Below are positions 60,908-64,000 of a stretch of 64,000 bases of DNA, piece after piece. The DNA is from an uncultured Verrucomicrobiae bacterium. Its GTDB lineage: Bacteria > Verrucomicrobiota > Verrucomicrobiia > Limisphaerales > JAFGQR01. Where the stretch lies: positions 1-64,000 of the forward strand of contig CAWBHS010000038.1 in assembly GCA_963788655.1 (NCBI GenBank), given 5' to 3'. The notes under the pieces are model-generated. The model saw nothing but the letters and a program-made list of their open reading frames with translations, did no database searches and was not told the origin of the DNA. The position numbers were made by a program, and so were the translations under genes. How positions within the stretch are numbered: the first letter of the stretch is position 1; the number at the start of each line of letters is the position of its first letter.

Positions 60908-63274
60908 TCACGCGGCGCGGGCCAGGGGGGCGGACTTCAGGCGCACCAGGGTGCTGACATCCAGGATCAGCCCGACCCGGCCATCGCCCATGATCGCGGC
61001 CCCGGCGAGGGCGGGGGATTGCTTGAACATGTCGCCCAGGCTTTTGATGACCACCTCCTGCTTGCCGAGCAACTGATCCACCAACAGGCAGCGCCGTTCG
61101 ACGCCGGTTTCGACCAGCAGGATGATGCCTTGGGTGGGATCGGTCTTGGCGGCGGGCACCCCAAAAAAATCATGGAGCCGCAACAGCGGACTGAGCCGGC
61201 CACGGACATTCACCATTTCCAGGCGGTCGTGCAGGGTCGAAATCATCTCCGGGGTAGGGCGGAAGGATTCGCGCACACTGTAGGTGGGCAGGATGAATCG
61301 CTCCGCGCCGACGCCCACAATGAAGCCGTCGATGATGGCCAGCGTCAGCGGCAGGCTGATGGTAAAGGTCGAGCCCCGGCCCGGGGTGGATTGGATGCTG
61401 ATGGTGCCGCGCAGTTTTTCGATGTTTCGCCGCACCACGTCCATGCCCACCCCGCGTCCGGAAATGTCCGTGACTTGTTCCGCGGTCGAAAAGCCCGGCG
61501 CAAAGATCAGATCGAAAACTTCCTTCTCGGCCAATTGTTCATCCGCTCGCACCAGTCCGCGGTCGCGCGCTTTGGCCAGAATACGCGCTTGGTCCAAACC
61601 CGCACCGTCATCCTGAATTTCCACCATGATGCTGCCGCCTTCGTGAAAGGCGCGCAGGAAAATGGTTCCCTGGGGCCGCTTGCCCTGGGCTTCCCGGCGC
61701 GCCGGCGATTCAATCCCGTGATCGACCGAGTTACGGATCATGTGGACCAATGGATCGGTGAGTTCCTCGGTAATGGTGCGGTCCAGTTCGGTTTCTTCGC
61801 CGCTCATTCGCAACTCGACCTGTTTGTCTTGTTTGGCGGCCAGGTCGCGCACCAACCGGTTCATCTTTTGGAACGTCGGCCGGATTGGGACCATGCGCAG
61901 CGACATGGTGACCTTTTGCAATTCGCGCGTAATTCCCGACAATTGGGCCAGGTTGCGGTTCAACCGCTGGCTCTGGAGGGATTTCAACGCGCCATCCTGG
62001 GCCACCATGGATTGGGCGATCACCAATTCGCCCACCAGATCCATCAAGCTGTCGAGCTTGAAAGTGTCCACCTTGACCACCGCGGTTTCGCTCAGGCGCC
62101 GGTTCGTGGCCGGTTTGGCCGTCGCCACCGGGGCCGGGGGAACCGCCGCCGAATCGGCGGCCGGAAGGTCTGGGCTCGCACTGGCCTGGGAGGCGGTAGG
62201 CGCGGCGGGCGCAGCGATGGCCGGCGTGGGCGCGGGTGCCGTCGTCGATGCTTCCGGAGCGGTGATGACGGCTTTTACCCGTGCCACCAGCGCGTTGGTG
62301 GGAATGATGATGGAGTCGGCATGTCCGGCGCCCAGCGCATTTTGGATTTCGGCGATGAACTGTTTCAGGCAATCGGCGCCTTCGAGGATCACGTCAATGA
62401 TGGGCGAGGTGATGCTCAACTTGTGTTGTCGCGCCAGGTCCAGCAACGATTCCAATTCGTGCGCCAGCCGGTTGACCGGAGTCAACCGCAGAAAACCGGA
62501 GCCGCCTTTGAACGTGTGAAAGGCACGAAAGATCGAGTTGAGCGTGTCCGCATCGACGGGATTGTCCTCGAGGACCAAGACGCCCAGCTCAATGTTCTGC
62601 AAATGCTCTTCGGATTCGGTGACAAACTCCCGCAGCAAATCCGCGTCTTGCTCGAGGTCCAATTCCAACGGCAGGTCGGCAATGGTTTCCGTGCGGGGTG
62701 TTTCGGCCGGCGGAGACGCTTCGGCGGCAGCCACGGCACCGGTTGGCAACTCGGCGGGGAGCGGCTCCGCGGCAGATGACAAACCGGGCGCTTCGGGGGC
62801 ATCGACGGATCCGACCGGGGGTGACGAAGACGTTTCGGAGGTGCTTTCGGCGGCCGACCACGCGGCTGGCATTTCCGGCAACGGCTGCTGGCGCTGCCTC
62901 GCGTCGAGCGCGGTTTGCATCCAAACGTTCCATTCGCGTAGCCAGGCCAGTGACGATTCGTCGAACCGGGCGGTGCGTTCGAAAATACCGTCCACCGTCT
63001 GCCGCGCTTTGCCGATGGCCGACGACAATTCGGACGGGAGCGGATTGGTCTGGCTGAATTCCTCGAGCTGCAACAGCAGATTGTTCAACGGCAGCAACCC
63101 GGCGTCCTTGCCTGGCTCGGCGAACATCAGTTCCATCGCCAGTTGGCGCGTCCATTCGGCCCACGGTTCTCCGGGAGCCGGCGGCGGGTTCTCAGCGGGC
63201 ACTTGGTTCTCCACGGGTGGGGGAACTGGCGCGGACGACGACGGTTTCTTTTTTTGCGGACGAGGTTTCTTCAT
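60908..63274 (-). CDS. cheA: Chemotaxis histidine kinase
   Basis: IFRAFHTFKG Hpt, LMDLVGELVI dimer domain, HMIRNSVDHG, DDGAGL, PGFSTA..SGRGVGMDVV, C-terminal CheW domain. Confidence 0.96.
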   Translation of the reverse strand: MKKPRPQKKKPSSSAPVPPPVENQVPAENPPPAPGEPWAEWTRQLAMELMFAEPGKDAGLLPLNNLLLQLEEFSQTNPLPSELSSAIGKARQTVDGIFERTARFDESSLAWLREWNVWMQTALDARQRQQPLPEMPAAWSAAESTSETSSSPPVGSVDAPEAPGLSSAAEPLPAELPTGAVAAAEASPPAETPRTETIADLPLELDLEQDADLLREFVTESEEHLQNIELGVLVLEDNPVDADTLNSIFRAFHTFKGGSGFLRLTPVNRLAHELESLLDLARQHKLSITSPIIDVILEGADCLKQFIAEIQNALGAGHADSIIIPTNALVARVKAVITAPEASTTAPAPTPAIAAPAAPTASQASASPDLPAADSAAVPPAPVATAKPATNRRLSETAVVKVDTFKLDSLMDLVGELVIAQSMVAQDGALKSLQSQRLNRNLAQLSGITRELQKVTMSLRMVPIRPTFQKMNRLVRDLAAKQDKQVELRMSGEETELDRTITEELTDPLVHMIRNSVDHGIESPARREAQGKRPQGTIFLRAFHEGGSIMVEIQDDGAGLDQARILAKARDRGLVRADEQLAEKEVFDLIFAPGFSTAEQVTDISGRGVGMDVVRRNIEKLRGTISIQSTPGRGSTFTISLPLTLAIIDGFIVGVGAERFILPTYSVRESFRPTPEMISTLHDRLEMVNVRGRLSPLLRLHDFFGVPAAKTDPTQGIILLVETGVERRCLLVDQLLGKQEVVIKSLGDMFKQSPALAGAAIMGDGRVGLILDVSTLVRLKSAPLARAA

Positions 63275-63277
63275 GAC

Positions 63278-64000
63278 TCAGAATCCAAAGCTTAATACCA
63301 GAGAGCGGACCACCAGGGTCCAGCCATCGACCAACACAAACAGCAGCAGTTTGAGCGGGAGCGAGATGGTCATCGGCGGCATCATCATCATGCCCATGCT
63401 CATCAGCACGGTGGCGACGACGAGGTCGATGAGAATGAAGGGTACGAACAACAGGAAGCCCATTTGGAAGGCCGTCCGCAATTCGCTGATGATGAAACCG
63501 GGGATGACGACTTTGAGCGGCAACTGCTCGGGCGGTTTGGGCCCTTCCTTGGCCAGCGCCACGAACAGCTCGACGTCCTTCGCCCGCGCCTGCCGCAACA
63601 TGAAGGCGCGGATGTGACCGGAGGCCTTGGCCAGCGCCTCCTGGCCGGAGATCTGTTTGGCCTGGTACGGGGCGATGGCGTCCGTGCTGATCTTTTCCCA
63701 GACCGGTTGCATGACGAAGAAGGTGAGGAAGAGCGAGAGGCCCACAATGATTTGATTGGCCGGAGTGCCCTGCAACGACAAGGCCGTGCGCACGAAGGAG
63801 AGCACAATCACCGTTCGGGTAAAACTGGTCATCAGCAGGATGATCGCGGGCGCCAGGCTCAGCAGCGTGATCAAGAAGAGGATCTTGACCGCCATGTCCA
63901 CGTCCTGCGGCTGGTTGCTGGCTTCCATCCCGAGATTGAACTTGAACGGGGCAATGGAAAATGCGTTCGTCGAAACGGCGCCTGGGCCCGATCCTCCCGC
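63278..64000 (-). CDS. fliP: Flagellar export protein FliP (5'-partial; frame open to the window edge)
   Basis: TSFTR, SELRTAFQMGF, MGMMMMPP..ISLPLKLLLFVLVDGW. Confidence 0.95.
   Translation of the reverse strand, partial: AGGSGPGAVSTNAFSIAPFKFNLGMEASNQPQDVDMAVKILFLITLLSLAPAIILLMTSFTRTVIVLSFVRTALSLQGTPANQIIVGLSLFLTFFVMQPVWEKISTDAIAPYQAKQISGQEALAKASGHIRAFMLRQARAKDVELFVALAKEGPKPPEQLPLKVVIPGFIISELRTAFQMGFLLFVPFILIDLVVATVLMSMGMMMMPPMTISLPLKLLLFVLVDGWTLVVRSLVLSFGF

Larger units (their letters stand above)
51394..60910 (+). mobile_element. Integron gene-cassette array, 10 cassettes, no intI in the window
   Basis: Each cassette's 5' GTTnnnn core is complementary to its own 3' nnnnAAC (8 exact, 2 with one mismatch); co-oriented ORFs, more AT-rich than the flanks. 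Confidence 0.93.

Overview
GC-rich bacterial window, probably Verrucomicrobiota subdivision 3 (inferred from TN-rich low-complexity N-termini, PQQ-propeller and Tat-Gfo/Idh/MocA proteins). Four things stand out. (1) A type II secretion-like operon (gspG,H,I,J,K, PilM/N-like, PilO/GspC-like) ends in a giant secretin of about 5,570 aa once two compensating indels are repaired. It has N0, about 62 N-domain repeats (counted by eye) and a C-terminal secretin barrel, with recent 930-bp tandem duplications. (2) Many palindromic REP/REPIN/MITE-like elements occur, several inserted in frame into N-terminal leaders that should be cleaved off (GspI, GspJ, GspK prepilin leaders and one Sec signal peptide). 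(3) A sigma54-type promoter precedes a circularly permuted ATP-grasp/alpha-E/transglutaminase operon. (4) A 10-cassette integron array (51.4-60.9 kb) has an attI-like site but no integrase in the window. It carries an ISAzo13-like IS and a group II intron inserted in the top strand of an attC, with non-canonical ends supported by EBS1/IBS1 pairing. Housekeeping genes include fabD, gluQ, an ABC exporter, a nitroreductase, cheA and fliP. Scattered single-base frameshifts suggest assembly indel errors.
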